A DNA stretch of 64,000 bases. Source: Auanema rhodensis (lineage: Eukaryota; Animalia; Nematoda). The stretch is taken from positions 8,184,001 through 8,248,000 of the forward strand of contig OZ059895.1 of the NCBI GenBank assembly GCA_964057225.1, given 5' to 3'. The notes beneath the pieces were generated by a model, which was given only the letters and a program-made list of their open reading frames with translations, had not been told where the DNA came from and ran no database searches. Position numbers and translations under genes: made by a program. The number at the start of each line of letters is the position of its first letter. Position 1 is the stretch's first letter. Shown here piece by piece: positions 40,261 through 54,577 of the stretch.

Positions 40261-43019
40261 GGAGTGGAGATTAGAGCCATGAATAATTATTTCAAGATAC
40301 TTTCTTTATATTTTCTTTTTCATCTGAAAATAATAATAATCAAAACTTTTTTTCGTGGTGTTAAATGTTAAAATGTGATATAGATGGAGATGTATTGTAT
40401 TTTTTGTAAAAAAGAAAACAAAATTTATAAAATCTCATCAATGAGATCATGATGTTGTGTGCTTCAAACATCATTTTTCAGTTTTAAAAAAGAAAATATT
40501 GAAATATTAATCCACAAAAGGACATAAGGACAGGAAAAATATGTATATGGCCTTTTACATTTTGATATTTGTAATAAAAACAAAATAAAAAAATAAAATA
40601 AATAGAATTAAATTGTAAGAAATGAGATAGCAATTATGGAAAAACACTGCAAAACAATTAATACGAAACACGGGTCATTTGAAAAATTAAAAATAAATTA
40701 ATTTTGAAGGAAAATAGCAAAAGGGTTGCAGAAACAACGTAGCTCAAGGAATAGTAAAGAGATTGAATGAGTGTGTATATAGTAAGAGAGAGAGAGAGAG
40801 AGAGGGGGGGGGGAGAGAGAGAATGGGAAGAGAAGGGGCGTTGGGTCGTTGTGAAGGGAATTCAGAAAGGATATCTAGGCAAAGAAGAGTGTGAGTCTAA
40901 GGGATATGAGGACAAAGTTCGTGTTGAACGAGAAACAAAAAGAGAAGGAGTGGATTGAAAATAGACCGACTGGAGAATGTGTGACGGACATGTCTCTTGG
41001 AAGCGAAGCAAAAGATGAAAAGTTGAATTAACAGACAACAGACTGTATTGTGTGTTAGGTGAGAGGTGAAGAAGAAGAAGAAGCAGAAAACGACGAAGAA
41101 GAAGAAGACATGATGAAGAACATTCTGGATATTTCAATTTAGATTACACATCTACAGGCTTTTCATGATTTTTATGTTTTCAAGTATGAAAGTTTGAATT
41201 AAAATCGTTTTTTTAATGTTTTTCTGGCTGTTACGTCATATCTTTAGTATACGAAAAACAGGTTTCTTCAAATTCTTTAATTATATTTGTAAATGTTATA
41301 TATATTATTTGAATTTATTCTTTGTTAACTATGTATATATGTAACATCAAACTGAATCAAGATAAGCTTGATGAAGTTTTACAACTATGTTAAGCCGCAC
41401 ATAAAAAACCTTTAAATTAGAATTTTTAGCTTTGAGCATTAGCCTTAGGGCAAGTCAAAGAATAATCTGTGTTATGTCTCAGACTTTAAATTCTTCAAAA
41501 GGAAAAAAGAAACGAAAATATTACATAATATTGTATATAAATAGAAGAATATAGTTAGCATACAACGTTATTTTGGAACATTTTTATTATCATTGATAAT
41601 GAAGAAAATTGGAATTCATAAGATCTATTTATCAAAGAAATATTTATAATTTTATTATAAAATATCTTGCATAGTTTTGTTTTTTATGAAAAAAAAAAAT
41701 ATAATGAAGAATAACTGATGATGAATGTTAAGATCATCAAGTTGAGGGTGGAAAAGATGAGAAGAGAAGAAGAAATAAAGAGAGAATAAGAGAGATATTA
41801 AGAAAGTAATAAAGAGAAATATAGTATATAATGAGGAAAAACAGAGAAAAGTGAAGAGAACGGAATAAAATTGGAAGTATGAAGTGATGAAGCAAACAGA
41901 ATGTGATTGATGTGTTTAAGACACATGCATATACATGCTATAAGATATATAAACTATGTATAAAAAAATTAATTATATGATATATATATATATATATATA
42001 TTTGAGTATACTAACTATAGTATAGTATAATATACAAACGCAAAACTGAAATGCACACGTTTGCATTGGGTGTTAACTTCGTTGTACAAGTAATCTGATA
42101 GGATGAAATGTTAGCTAATTGGCGTAGCAAAGTAGTAATAGTACTAGAAAGAAATGTTTTTCAAACAAAAATAATTTTAATTTTACAAACTTTAATAAAC
42201 TTTTATCAATTAATTAAATAAAATTCTTATAATTCTTATAAGATTTAATAATATTTTCAATGAAAATATATATGAATATAAACTATTATTATTATTATTA
42301 ACTAAATACATATGTATTAATAAAAAAATATTAATTATGCTATTTATATTCATAATTATATATTATATGTTGTTTTTTCTACAGATAAAATTGATATTCA
42401 ACCGTTCACACTAAATGATAAACTCATCATCATCATACTCATCAAACATCATATGCTAATATCGTTTGACGTGATTTTTTCACGTGAAAATAATTAATCA
42501 AATATAAAATAAAATAATAATAATAATAATAATAATAATAAAGAATTTCAAATAGAATTAATAGAATATATGTATATAATCAGATAGAATTATTTTTCTT
42601 TTCTCCTTTTCCCAGTAATGTCATGAAGATACTTTACAAAGAATCTCTCATCTCTTTTGATATTTTCTTTTTAACTTTATATGTAACTATATATATTATA
42701 TAATTATATTGTATATTTCAACAAATATATATATTTAAATAAACGTACTTGTTGATATGTAAGGATCTATCACTCATGAATCCTAATTGGTTGTATGGAT
42801 CAGCACTTCTAACTTCACCAAGTCGTCTGAATTTTATTCTGTTATTAATTGTTTTTATATTAATTATATATATAAGCATTTTAATTATTATTATAATAAA
42901 TAACATTTTACAAATAAATTATATTTTAGAACTGACCTATGTTGGACAGCAGGTGATTGCGTAGGTGTACGCGGAAGACGACGTACACTGTTCCTCATAG
43001 GTCTAGGTGATAACGACAT
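27739..43019 (-). CDS. RGK-family (Rad/Rem/Gem-like) small GTPase, long isoform
   Basis: Phase-consistent exons 43019-42937, 42826-42749, 31264-31189, 31066-30984, 29591-29487, then a cluster down to TGA at 27739. Motifs VRQFKIDAKGAVVSRGDSFR (invertebrate RGK N-terminal motif), G1 GDTGTGKS, YVVVYSIDSRSSW, G4 GNKIDL, G5 EISVALNHDVDDLL. The GTPase core is secure; the two distal 5' exons are less so. Confidence 0.88.
29487..29704 (-). CDS. RGK short-isoform first exon (MKTSNESLCRRSRTTTPIRRPSEIYTSLPNVDMFFFRTRL...)
   Basis: ATG at 29704 just after a CCAG acceptor; reads in frame through the internal acceptor at 29592 used by the long isoform. Confidence 0.6.
37143..37208. promoter_or_regulatory. 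Cluster of six ACGT cores, including CACGTG and a perfect TGACGTCA
   Basis: TAACACGTGAACGTGACGTCATAATCACGTACTTACGTT in CpG-poor sequence; function inferred. Confidence 0.5.
38684..38732 (+). repeat. Direct repeat, 2 x TGATAGAGGTGGGAGGGAAAGA (period 27)
   Basis: Exact 22-nt copies at 38684 and 38711. Confidence 0.9.
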
Positions 43020-43233
43020 CTGAAAGTTATGCATAGATTTAGATGAAAATGGAAAAACTAAAGGTTATATTTGAAAGTTAACCATCTATCTACGGACTTA
43101 TCTATTGAATATATAATCATAAGGAAGTGAATGAAACAAAAATTTCTGATGAAAGATGAAGATGATATTGGAGATTTAGACATAGATAAACAAGATATTG
43201 AAGCAGAACAGAGGAAAGAAGAAGTGGTAAAGT

Positions 43234-43282
<49 letters not shown>

Positions 43283-43781
43283 GAAGAGAGAGAGAAAGAG
43301 TGATAGAGAGAGAGAAAAGAATAATAGTTATGATATTTCATGTTTGCAATTTAATTTTTTCCCTCAAGTGATGACTTCAACCTATTGAACAGACGGAAGT
43401 GTAGGTAAGAGGAAAGCAATGAATGGCACAAGGCTACTGCGACTACTGGAGGCTTTCCCTCCCTCATTCCCTTTACACGCCCCAACCCCTCATGTCTCCT
43501 CTCGCTCTCCCAATGCTAGTACGCTAAGTAAATTTTGAAGCATAGCAGAGCCAAAACCAGAGTTAGATCAAGCGTACAAGCTTGATATGCGATAGAAAAA
43601 AAAATATTTATATATCTCTGAATATAATTATAATACAACTAAAACAAATAAATGAAAAAAAAATGTCTATTCTTATTCATCAGTATTCAAATATCACCTT
43701 GTTATGTTCAATTTACCTCATGGAAATAATAAAGGGAGAGGGAGAGAGAGAGAGAAAGAAGGAATAGGGCACTATGAGAAG

Positions 43782-43823
<42 letters not shown>

Positions 43824-44586
43824 TACGACACTATGAAAGGTAAAGAGAAATAGAGAGAAGGTGAGATGAATAGAGAGAAAAAGAGAGAGGTAGAAAGAGA
43901 AAGAATTAATGAGCGAAAGTACTTATACTGTCGTCGTTTTCTGTATAAATACATATGCATGTATGTATTCATGATGCATGTACCTCTCTATCCATAAATT
44001 TTTTGAAAGCTTAAGTAATCTAAAGCTTTGAAAGTTCATGAAAATTCTAAAAATAATGTTGAAATTCAATCAAAAAAATTGGTTCCAACATTGAAATGTA
44101 GATGAAGACATATAAATGTTTCACGCATGTGCTAAATTCAAAGAATTATTTTAATTTTTCTCATAATTTTTTAATCCAAAAAAAAGGAATGAAAAGTAAA
44201 ACTGAAAAAACATTTAAAAAGAAGTGAAATTCAAAAAAGAAATGACAAACGATCGAAAAAGGCTGTGTTTTTTTTGAATATTCAATAGTGAACATTAAGC
44301 TAAAGACGGTAAAGCCATCTATTACATTTTTTGGTTTTTTTGCTGCAAAAAATTCAAATTATCAGGTGCTTTTGAGTTTTTCCCTCGGAACAGAAAACAA
44401 ATGATGAAGATATTTCAGTTTTCTAGAGAAAAACAATTGAAAGTTTCAATTTTTGTCAAAGTTTTCAGCTGATATTCCCATTCGTTCGAGAAAAAAATGA
44501 AGAAATTATAGAAAATCAAGTATGTATCTCTTAGAAAAAGTAAAGAAAGATATACAAAGATAGGAACTGATAGAAAACGAAAGAGA

Positions 44587-44631
<45 letters not shown>

Positions 44632-47301
44632 ACAAGGAGACGAAGAAAAGCCGAGGACTCATGATGGTGATGATGATGATGATTAAATCAGATATACATA
44701 CTTCTGATGTTTTTCAAAAATGTGATTTTTAACATGAAAGAGAAGGACAATGTTCAAACTTTTGCCATTTTCAATATAATGAAGTTATACAACTCTGATA
44801 GTATTCTAAGTATATACATCTAATATCTTCACATACATAAGTAGAAATACATGTATGAATGTATATATATAAACAAGAAAACTGAAGAACATATAGTTAA
44901 CAACCTATACACATAATTAATTTTTTGAAAAAAAATTTTTCTTAAATGATTTTTGATAAGATATGAAGAAATTCTCTGAAAAGGAATCATGTTTTAGAAA
45001 TAATCTATGTTGTAAGTAAGTTTTGAGAAAAACGTAATGAATTATAAAATAGAATAATATATAAAAATAATTAACTATATCATATAATTAACATCTATTT
45101 TAAAATCTTTTTTTTTATATATAAAGTTCAAATATTTGATAGCATCATTATACAAGTTTTGAGCATATAATGAGCAGCTTAAAAGGTAAAAAAGGGAGGT
45201 AAATGATATTTTAATATTTTAAATATTATAAAATATAAAAGTTATTTTATAAAAAAATAGAAAAAATAATGAAGAATTCGAAAGATATCTAATGATTAAC
45301 TGATTATTATTATTATTATTATAAATAATAGTTAATTTAATAACTAATAATACAATTAAATTAGAAAAATAAAAGATTATTAACAAACGATAATATTAAT
45401 AAAAAAAAATTTTTGTCAAGTTTTTATTATAAATATTATAATAAATATAATTAGATGAATTAGGAACTATTAAGATTTTCAGATATTAAACAGAGAAATT
45501 AGTAAAGAAATTTGAACTACATGAGAATGACAAAAGAGGCGGAAGTCAACGAGAGCAGTATGCTCGAATAGATCGGTCAGGAAAAGACGAGAGGAAGCTT
45601 TAACCTCTTAACTTCTTAGTAGAAACTTAATTCAGTCGAAAATTAAAGATTAAAAAAGAAAATTAGTGTTGAAAGAGAAATTGAATGAGCGAGAAGAGAG
45701 AGAGGGAGAGGCTGAAAAGCTTTACTGGTAAAAGAAACATCTCAAAATGTACATTTTTAATATTTTGAGATCATTACGATAACAAATAATAGCAGTATCT
45801 CTCAATTTCTCTCTCAACCTTTTTCTTTTTCTCTCTCTCTCTCTCTCCCTCTCTTTACTTGTATCTCTATTTCCTTTACTTCTTTGATTTCTAGACGTTT
45901 TCCTTCTTCTTCTTCATTTGATTTTTGATTCTTCGATTCAAATTGAGCTTGGAAAAACTAAATCAACAGGAGCAAAAACGTAAATGAAACTGTAGCATAA
46001 TTAGTATAGTTAAAGAAAAAAGAAGAAGAAGATTAGGAAACAATTCTATGAAGAAGATGAAAAAGAAAATTGTACGATACAAGCTTTAAAGGCTAAGAAA
46101 ATTCAAAAAAATGAATGAGTTTCAATAGGAATACACAGTATGCTCTATGTGATTAGATATATCCAAGAGAAATATAAAAGAATAGAAAATTTTTGTTTCT
46201 TTTTTTACATCTTTTAGCTAGTGAATGCTTAGAAACGTCAAATAAAATATTTAAAAGAGAGAGAGAAAAAGAGGGGGAGACATAGAGGGAGTGAGGGTAA
46301 CAAGGACTAGATAGGTAAAAAGAATAAAGGATATCGCTTTGAAACCTTTTGAAACCTGGAAAAATCACAAAATATCTAAAAAGAATGATGAAGAAGCTGA
46401 AGAGAGAAAGAGAGAACATAAAGATATAAAAGGTTTTCTATTCTTTTGTTTTGCAAATTAAATGTTTGAACTATGCACATATAATATAATCGTACCTCTC
46501 TCTCTCTCTCTCTCTCTCTATCCCTTCTCTCTCTCTCTGTCTTTTCTGTCTTTACTAACTAGAAATATATAAAAATTATACTAATATATACATTATAATA
46601 TGTACTAATTAGTTAACTATATTATATAGTTAATAACCTAAATCTTTTCTATTCTAACATTAAAATTCAAACATACATAGATGAAGAAAGTGAGAAAAAA
46701 AAGAAAAAAAAAAGGAAAAAATCATTAATGAACTCCGGAGGTATGATGAAAATAAAAAAAAACTTTCATTTTAATTAATTTTCAGTCAAATCTGTATACA
46801 AAGCTTGTTGATTTCCATGTTTGCAAAAAAAAAGTTTTTTTTTCTTTTTTTTTCTGACCATATTTAGTATTGTCATTGGCAATTTTGAAAAAAAAAATTT
46901 AATGTGTCGATAAATCAAATAGAAAATTTAGATTTTGATGATGATGATGTATATACATAGTAGTAGTAGGAGGAGTAGGAGTAGGAGGATATGTACATGT
47001 ACATACATGAATTTCAATTTCAACTTTGATCCTATCTATGTGAGATATATGTTTGAACAGTTAAATCATTATTTCATGTATGCATGTGAGAAAAATGAGG
47101 AAGAAAAAACCATTTTTTCATTCATTAACTATTCAAAAATTAATTTTTCAAGTTTCATGTTAAAGGCTATAAGTTCAAAGATGAGAAGGAAATAACATGA
47201 AATACTGTTTCGAGTATCATATAACTTGTCTTCTCATGTCACTCTTCTACTTCTTGTCACATGTAACACATCTCTCTCTCTCTTAGTTTTTCTTTCACGC
47301 G

Positions 47302-47380
<79 letters not shown>

Positions 47381-47552
47381 GCTTTCTATATGTATATTCA
47401 AATTCAAAATATCTCCTTATATGAATTTGAAGATTTTTTTTCATAACGGCTTTTTCATCACCCCCTCCTCCTACATCTTAATATTTTAGTTATAGTAGTT
47501 GTCGCTTGAGGCAAAAATATTAATTGGCAACATGATCTTCTTTAGTCTACCA

Positions 47553-47605
<53 letters not shown>

Positions 47606-50003
47606 TTCTGCGATTTGACATAAAAGTTTGTTATATTTTTAAATTTAAGTAAATAATAATACAACGAAAGTTTATAAATTTGATTTTTTTTTTTGAAAAT
47701 GAAAAAGTAAATAGACCGAACCTTCTTTTGAATAGTATTTTCATTATTGAAATATGAATAATTAATAAAATAATAATTCATATCTTTTGCACAAAATTTA
47801 TACAATAAAAAGATTTTAAACTTTTAATATATAAATATTATTTATATATAATATTTATATATAAATATATAATATTATCCGAAAGATTTTATGATTGAAC
47901 GTTGACGATGAATAGCCGGAAGATAGAATCTGAAGGCTGGAGGAACTTTAACATATGAAAATCATCCAAGCAACTATACATATATAGACATATAGTATAG
48001 TATATCTATATACATATGTATATATCTAGACAAACTATTCAGATTTTATACTAATTATTCATTAATTTTTAATATTTCAACTGACTAACATATGGAAAGA
48101 CAGATAGTATGTAGAATTGAAAGAATATAATCTAATAACATTTTCTTGCAACCTTACAACCTTACAGCCTTACAACCTTTAAATAATAGTTTTTTGTTTT
48201 AAAAAAAAGAAATTTTGTTGACAATCTATTATAAAGAATGTACCTACTACATATAATTAGAGCAATAGAGAGACTATTTTGTCGATAAAAAGTCAGTAAA
48301 AGATGAAAAATATTGATGAAGAAGACCTTGAATGTGAAAAAAAAATTCTTTAATGTCTAGAATTTGATGTATGAAAGCATAATGTAGAATATTAAATTCA
48401 TATCTCATCTTTGAATGAAGATTATTCAAAATTTTAAATAAATAAAAAAAATTAATTATAAAGTAGAATTATTAGTATTAAGCTATACTTTGAGATATGA
48501 GATATGAAAGATGTAGTAGTATAGAAGTTTCTAGATAGTATATGTATGTAAACTATATATATATATATATTTCATATATAGTATATATCAATATATAACT
48601 TGTATTAATAATTAGAAAAAATAAAAAAGAAAGAGCAAGAATTAACTATATGATATAAGATATAATATTAAAACTAAAAAAAATGAATTGAAATAGAAGA
48701 TTATTCAGAAAGAGCAGTTAAAGTACATAGATAAAAGACGTATGAGAACTTAAAAGTTAAAATGAAGAGAGAAAAGTAAAATAAAGAATTAAACAGCTAA
48801 CTATACTATACTATACTATACTATATATATAAATATTCATTAGTAAATAGAGGTCAAAATATTTTTTGTTTTTTATATAATTAACCGTTTTCCTTATTTA
48901 GAAAGAATTTCTCTTTTTTTAAAACATTAACAATAGTAATGGATAATTAATAAATAGACATTTGAATATCATGTATAGTAAGTTCTTAAACAAGAAAGAG
49001 GAGCAAGAGAGAGAAAGGGGGGGGGGAGAAAGAGAGAGAGAGTATAGGGAGGGGGAGAGAGAGAATGGGAGGCAAAGAAGAGAGAAAGAGAAGAGGAGTG
49101 GAATAGAGGTAATACTTTAAAAAATTTGAATGAAATAGAGGATTATTCTGCCTCAAAGGATATCCATTTTCTATTTAGCTCAACCATATACTTCTAAGTT
49201 TTGTCAAAAATGTGTAATTAACGCAGAAATAAGAAGATGAAGAAGATGAAGAAGAAGAATGAGATGTTTTTAAACAAAAAAATTTTAAAAGTGGATGTAA
49301 AACATGGATAATTAAAAGAAAATTATGAATAAAGATAATTGAAATGACATAATCTTTATTTCGTGAAACTATGATCTTTCTTTCTTTCATTACTTTCGTT
49401 TAAGAAAATTGAGTTGTTCTTGTTACTTATTCATCTTTGTCTGTTTCTTTTTTCAAATGTAAAACATAGATAATATACGGTTATAAAATGAAAAAAAAAT
49501 ATTTTAAAACAAACTTGAATTGATTTTAAAAACTTGAACTACTTTATATAATTTATAGTTAAGAGAAATTAAATACATTCTAATTATAGCTTATGAAACA
49601 AATGATCAAATCAAAGAAGCAATATGAATAAATGTGTTCCGTATATAGTTTAGCTTAAGCACAACAATAGATAACGAATATTGTAGTAGCTAACATAGCT
49701 ATACTATATGTACTTTTAATTTTATAAATTATTAGAAGAAGAAAAAAAAAGAAAATTGATGTGAAAATACAAAATATGTGTATATCTATGAATCCATTGA
49801 TGTTCAATAAGTGGTTGATTGAACAGTGAAAGAATATTTTTCAAGTGCTCCTCCGTTATCCACTTCATAATTTTTTTTTTGGTTTGCACATTAGCATCTT
49901 TTGATTTGACATATTGTTTACAATATACTTTAACACATATATATATTAACTATAAGAGAAATAGAGAAATAAATAAATAGATAAAGAGAGAGAGAGAGAG
50001 AGA

Positions 50004-50048
<45 letters not shown>

Positions 50049-50150
50049 TGAGAGTGTGATATCTAAAATAGGAGAAAATAAGAATAAAGGACGATTGAAA
50101 GAAAGGGGAGGAGAATAATTGTGTAGAGAGAGAGAGAGAAAGAAAGAAAA

Positions 50151-50197
<47 letters not shown>

Positions 50198-50613
50198 TGA
50201 ATGAATCTTTCAAATTAATTAAACAAGTACATGCCATGATATTTTTCAATTTTTTTTTCTTTTCCAAATAAACTAACTAAGAAATAAATTGCAAAGAAAA
50301 CTTCAATCTACATGAATAGATAGATATGAAAAGCAATTTTTCCAACTTGAATAAAAAAAAATTTTAATTTCATAAAGTATAAAGTGTGTTTGAATTAAAA
50401 ATGAAATTATCAGTAAGTTAAAGCAGGGAAGGAAAGGCCTATAAAGTTTCCGAATATGAAATAGAAGAATTGGAATGCGACCACATGTCACGTAAATTAA
50501 AATGAAAATAAAATTCTATCAATATAATTAGCATAGAAAAAGTAGAAAGTTTTACTAATATATAGTCTCAAAGAATATACCTGTTAAATTTAATTACATA
50601 ATACTTTGAAATG

Positions 50614-50654
<41 letters not shown>

Positions 50655-51178
50655 TGAATGGAAATTAGAGAGAAAGAGAGAGAGAGAGAAAAGTGGAAAT
50701 TAGAGAGAAAGAGAGAGAAAAGGAGGAAGAAAACGTTTTTAAAGTCACAAAAACTATTTGAACTTATGTATAACATGATTATATTATAGTTATACATAGA
50801 TAGATATATATAATCTATATAATCTTTAATACAATAATATTAATTTGTAGATATTAGATAATGCTATTTGATGCAAAAAAAATTCGAATCAAAATATATT
50901 TTTCGTTACTTTTCAATTGTCATTTGGACATATTTCCTTCACATCTTGCGAATATTCGAGCAAGAACAGAATTGATGAAAAGAGAACAGGTAAGCCTAAC
51001 GAAGCAAAATATAATTATAGTTTGAATCAATCTAGAAGTAATTCCAGAAAAAAAAAAGAAAAACACAAGCGAATGAATACAGCAGATACAAATTGCTGTT
51101 TACATGAACGCCATGTCGATTTATGTACGTTTGGTTTAGATAGTTCCCTCATCTCCAAGACATCCAAAGAGAGAGTGA

Positions 51179-51212
<34 letters not shown>

Positions 51213-51217
51213 AAGAA

Positions 51218-51262
<45 letters not shown>

Positions 51263-51905
51263 AAGCAAAAAAGTAGAAATAGTAGAAAGAATGACGTGAA
51301 TGAGAGCTTCTCCATAATTCGTATTATTTGCTTTCACGTTTTCAATTGTTTCATACGATCTTAAAGAAATATAAAAAGTAAAAAATTGAATATTCTGCAG
51401 AAAGAATGATGGAATATGCTTCATTGAAATGAAACTTTACATTTGAAACTTGGCCTTGTCAGCTTGCATACGCTATATCTCATCTTGCTATTCATACCTT
51501 AGGTTTTCTTTGGATATTAATAGCGGCGAAAACATGGGAAATCATCAAATAAGGGTGAAGCTAAAGGCAAAAAAAAATAGAAAAAGGCGGAGTCACGTTT
51601 TAAGGTTTTTATATATGCAACTTAAGCAGTACAATGTAGTCAAATCGAGAGAGAAATATAATGAAAACAGAGGTCAAGTTCTAAAGAAAAGGTGGTAACA
51701 AGAACATGGAGAATAAGGAGTTAAATATAATTTCAAAAGATTTTTGGAAAGGTTTAACCAAATGACTTGTGAACAAAAATTATTGAAAAGCTTGGTAATT
51801 GTGAAAAGAAAATGTTGTTGCCAGGATTAAAACAAAAAAATGTAGAGATTAAAAATAAAGAGAGGTAAATGACCAATATAGAGGGATAAAGTGAGAGAAA
51901 GTAAG

Positions 51906-51951
<46 letters not shown>

Positions 51952-52390
51952 ATAAGATGTATACAGATACGATTTCTTCATACTATCAGCTTTTGCTCTA
52001 CTTTAAATCTACATATATGGGTGTGAAAAGCTTCAAAAAATTGTAATTAAAGCCTAATTGACGTTTAAAAATATTTCATTCAAGTTATCCGTAAAAATTT
52101 TATTTAATCGCTCTGTAAAATGATCATAAACGGCCGAAAATATCGCAAATTGTTTTTCATTTTTCATGACATCTTCGTTATTTTCCTTTGTACATTCTAC
52201 TTTTTAATCTATACTCCAAAATATCATTTTCCAATCTTTCATTCCTACAACCTTAAAAAAGCTTCTAAAACTCTTTCACTCTTTATTTCCCTTTATCTTT
52301 CTGCTTTTCAATATTCTTCCTCTCTCTCTCTCTTTCTTTCTTTCTCTCTCTCTTTCTCTCCCTCTTTCTCTCTCTCTCTCTTCCTTTCTT

Positions 52391-52425
<35 letters not shown>

Positions 52426-54577
52426 TTCTTTCTATTCAATTCTGTCAATGTTTTTTTTCTCATTTTTAAACTTATAAACGAGTACAACTGAACAAAACTT
52501 GACAAAAAAAAAGATAAAACATTTTTTTGTTCTTTAATCTGTCAAAAATCATAAAAGGACTTAAGCAAAAGAATTTGAAAATAATGTAACAAATGTCTGA
52601 AATCAAAACTTCAAAACTCAAATAGTATAATAATTCTTTTAAAAAAATAATTTAATATAATATAAATATAAATAATACAATTTGTATATATAAAATAATA
52701 ATTTATAATCAAAATTTAATAAAAATCATAATAAAACAATGATATATACAAACTTTTATGTCGTTGTTTCAATATTCAACTACTATATACTATGTATATA
52801 TAAGATGTTTTTCCATTTTTGAAATTTTATTTTGAAGTTTATAAAAAGTTCTGATGACATATATCTCAAGTTCAATCTTATGTTACATAAATCTTCTTCT
52901 GATCAACCTAATCTTTGATTTCACTTATGTTTAAGAAAAACTTTAAAAATTATTTTCAGCTATATGGATCTTTTTTATTAAAAAAATTGAAGGGAAATAA
53001 GATCCAAACTATAATCATTAAATATAAAAATTTAAAACCAAACATGTACATGTATGTAAAATATTTCTTTTTTGAAGTTTCAATATAACAATGTTCAAAT
53101 TCTATTGTCAATTTCAATAGATAATGATATTCAGATCAAACTACTTTCAATGCTATCAAATTTATTAAAAACAAAATGATTATTAATGAACTTTTTGATC
53201 TAAACTATACTATTTCCAATATAATACTATACTATACTATATCGTATAGTATATTATGAATAATTTAAATCTTAATAAATCTTTATTAAATTCAAATAAA
53301 TCAATAAATAACTTCAAACTATCAATCGTTGTCATGAGAAAGTTTTTTTTCATCAGAATCACGTAATGGCCAGATATGTATAGTACGTTAAGTCACGTTC
53401 ATTCATCAAAATATGATTTTTCTCAGTTTTCAGTCTTATTTTCTCTTCTTTCTTTGTGGAATTGCGCAATTTCTTTTGGAATATCATTAAACAAATCTTT
53501 TTTTTTTGATTTACAATAAGTATGCGTCGATTATGTTTTTGAGATTATCTCTTTATATATCTAAATTCATTTTTGTAATTCCTCATCTCCCTCTTTTTCC
53601 CTCTATGTGTATGAACTTTGTTGCTTTATTAAGTTAAAAATATTATGATAATGATGATAAAAAGAGTTCAAAACTTGTTCATATTGCATCATTTCATGAA
53701 ATTTATGGAAATTTTCTTATATGAACAGTTGTCATCTTTTTTATTGAAATCTAGTATAAATACTTGCCTGGGTCCTTTCTCCGTCATTCATGCTCCATCA
53801 TCAATCTTTCTTCCGTTTCTTATTCCTCTCTAGATTGAATTGAATACTTATGTGTTTCGCATGAATATGTGGTATTTGCATTTAAACTCATAGTAATCCT
53901 TCTGTTTCTCTTATTGTGTAGAAATTCATATGAAGTTTGCATTATTTCTTTTTTTGTTGTGAAAAATAACGAAATTATTCTCAATGATAGCCTTTACTCA
54001 ATTCATTAAAAGTTTTTTAAAATAATATTTATTAGAGAAATAATTAAAAATAATCTGCCTTGAATTCATTGCTAATTGATTTATTTTAACAAGAAAATAT
54101 GTAGCAAAGTTAACATTTTATTTAACACCATCACCACTTCCTCTTTACTCACCCCCTCCCCCCCTCTCTCCTCTTTCCTCTCTTTCCTTTTTCTTTACAA
54201 TATGAACTAACAACGGACCTAAACAGCGTAATATTATTATCTTCGTCATTTAATACTTCTTTGTTTTTTTTTGATTTCTAAATCATATTATTTAATATAC
54301 TAATCCTTATCTATAACAATTAGATAATTTCTATATCATACCATTTTTCATCATAATTTGTGAACAATCTATGCATTTTATCGAGTGTCCCATTCACAAT
54401 GCAATAAAACTTTCATCTTACTTGGTCCCGCACTTCTACTTTGTTCAAGTGCATAGTCTTCCAGCGCTCCAGCAATGATTAAATCTGCTCCTACGTACAT
54501 TCATATATTTGCTTTTAACTTTTCCTACAATTCTGATTCAACTATGTCTAAAACCAACTAATCGTTTAGGTTTTACC

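Larger units (their letters stand above)
24585..52425. repeat. Domain of dispersed (GA)n/(TC)n microsatellites, about 25-30 tracts
   Basis: Tracts at about 24.6, 24.9, 31.55, 31.75, 33.02, 34.15, 34.54, 34.88, 35.45, 36.77, 38.75, 39.32, 40.21, 40.78, 43.24, 43.79, 44.59, 45.83, 46.50, 47.30, 47.56, 49.03, 49.98, 50.15, 50.62, 51.20, 51.91 and 52.32 kb. Confidence 0.95.

Noticed and set aside
24351-52505. Many ORF-track entries rich in LSLSLS or RERERE
   Set aside because: They are translations of (TC)n/(GA)n tracts, which lack stop codons; no splice structure or domain content.
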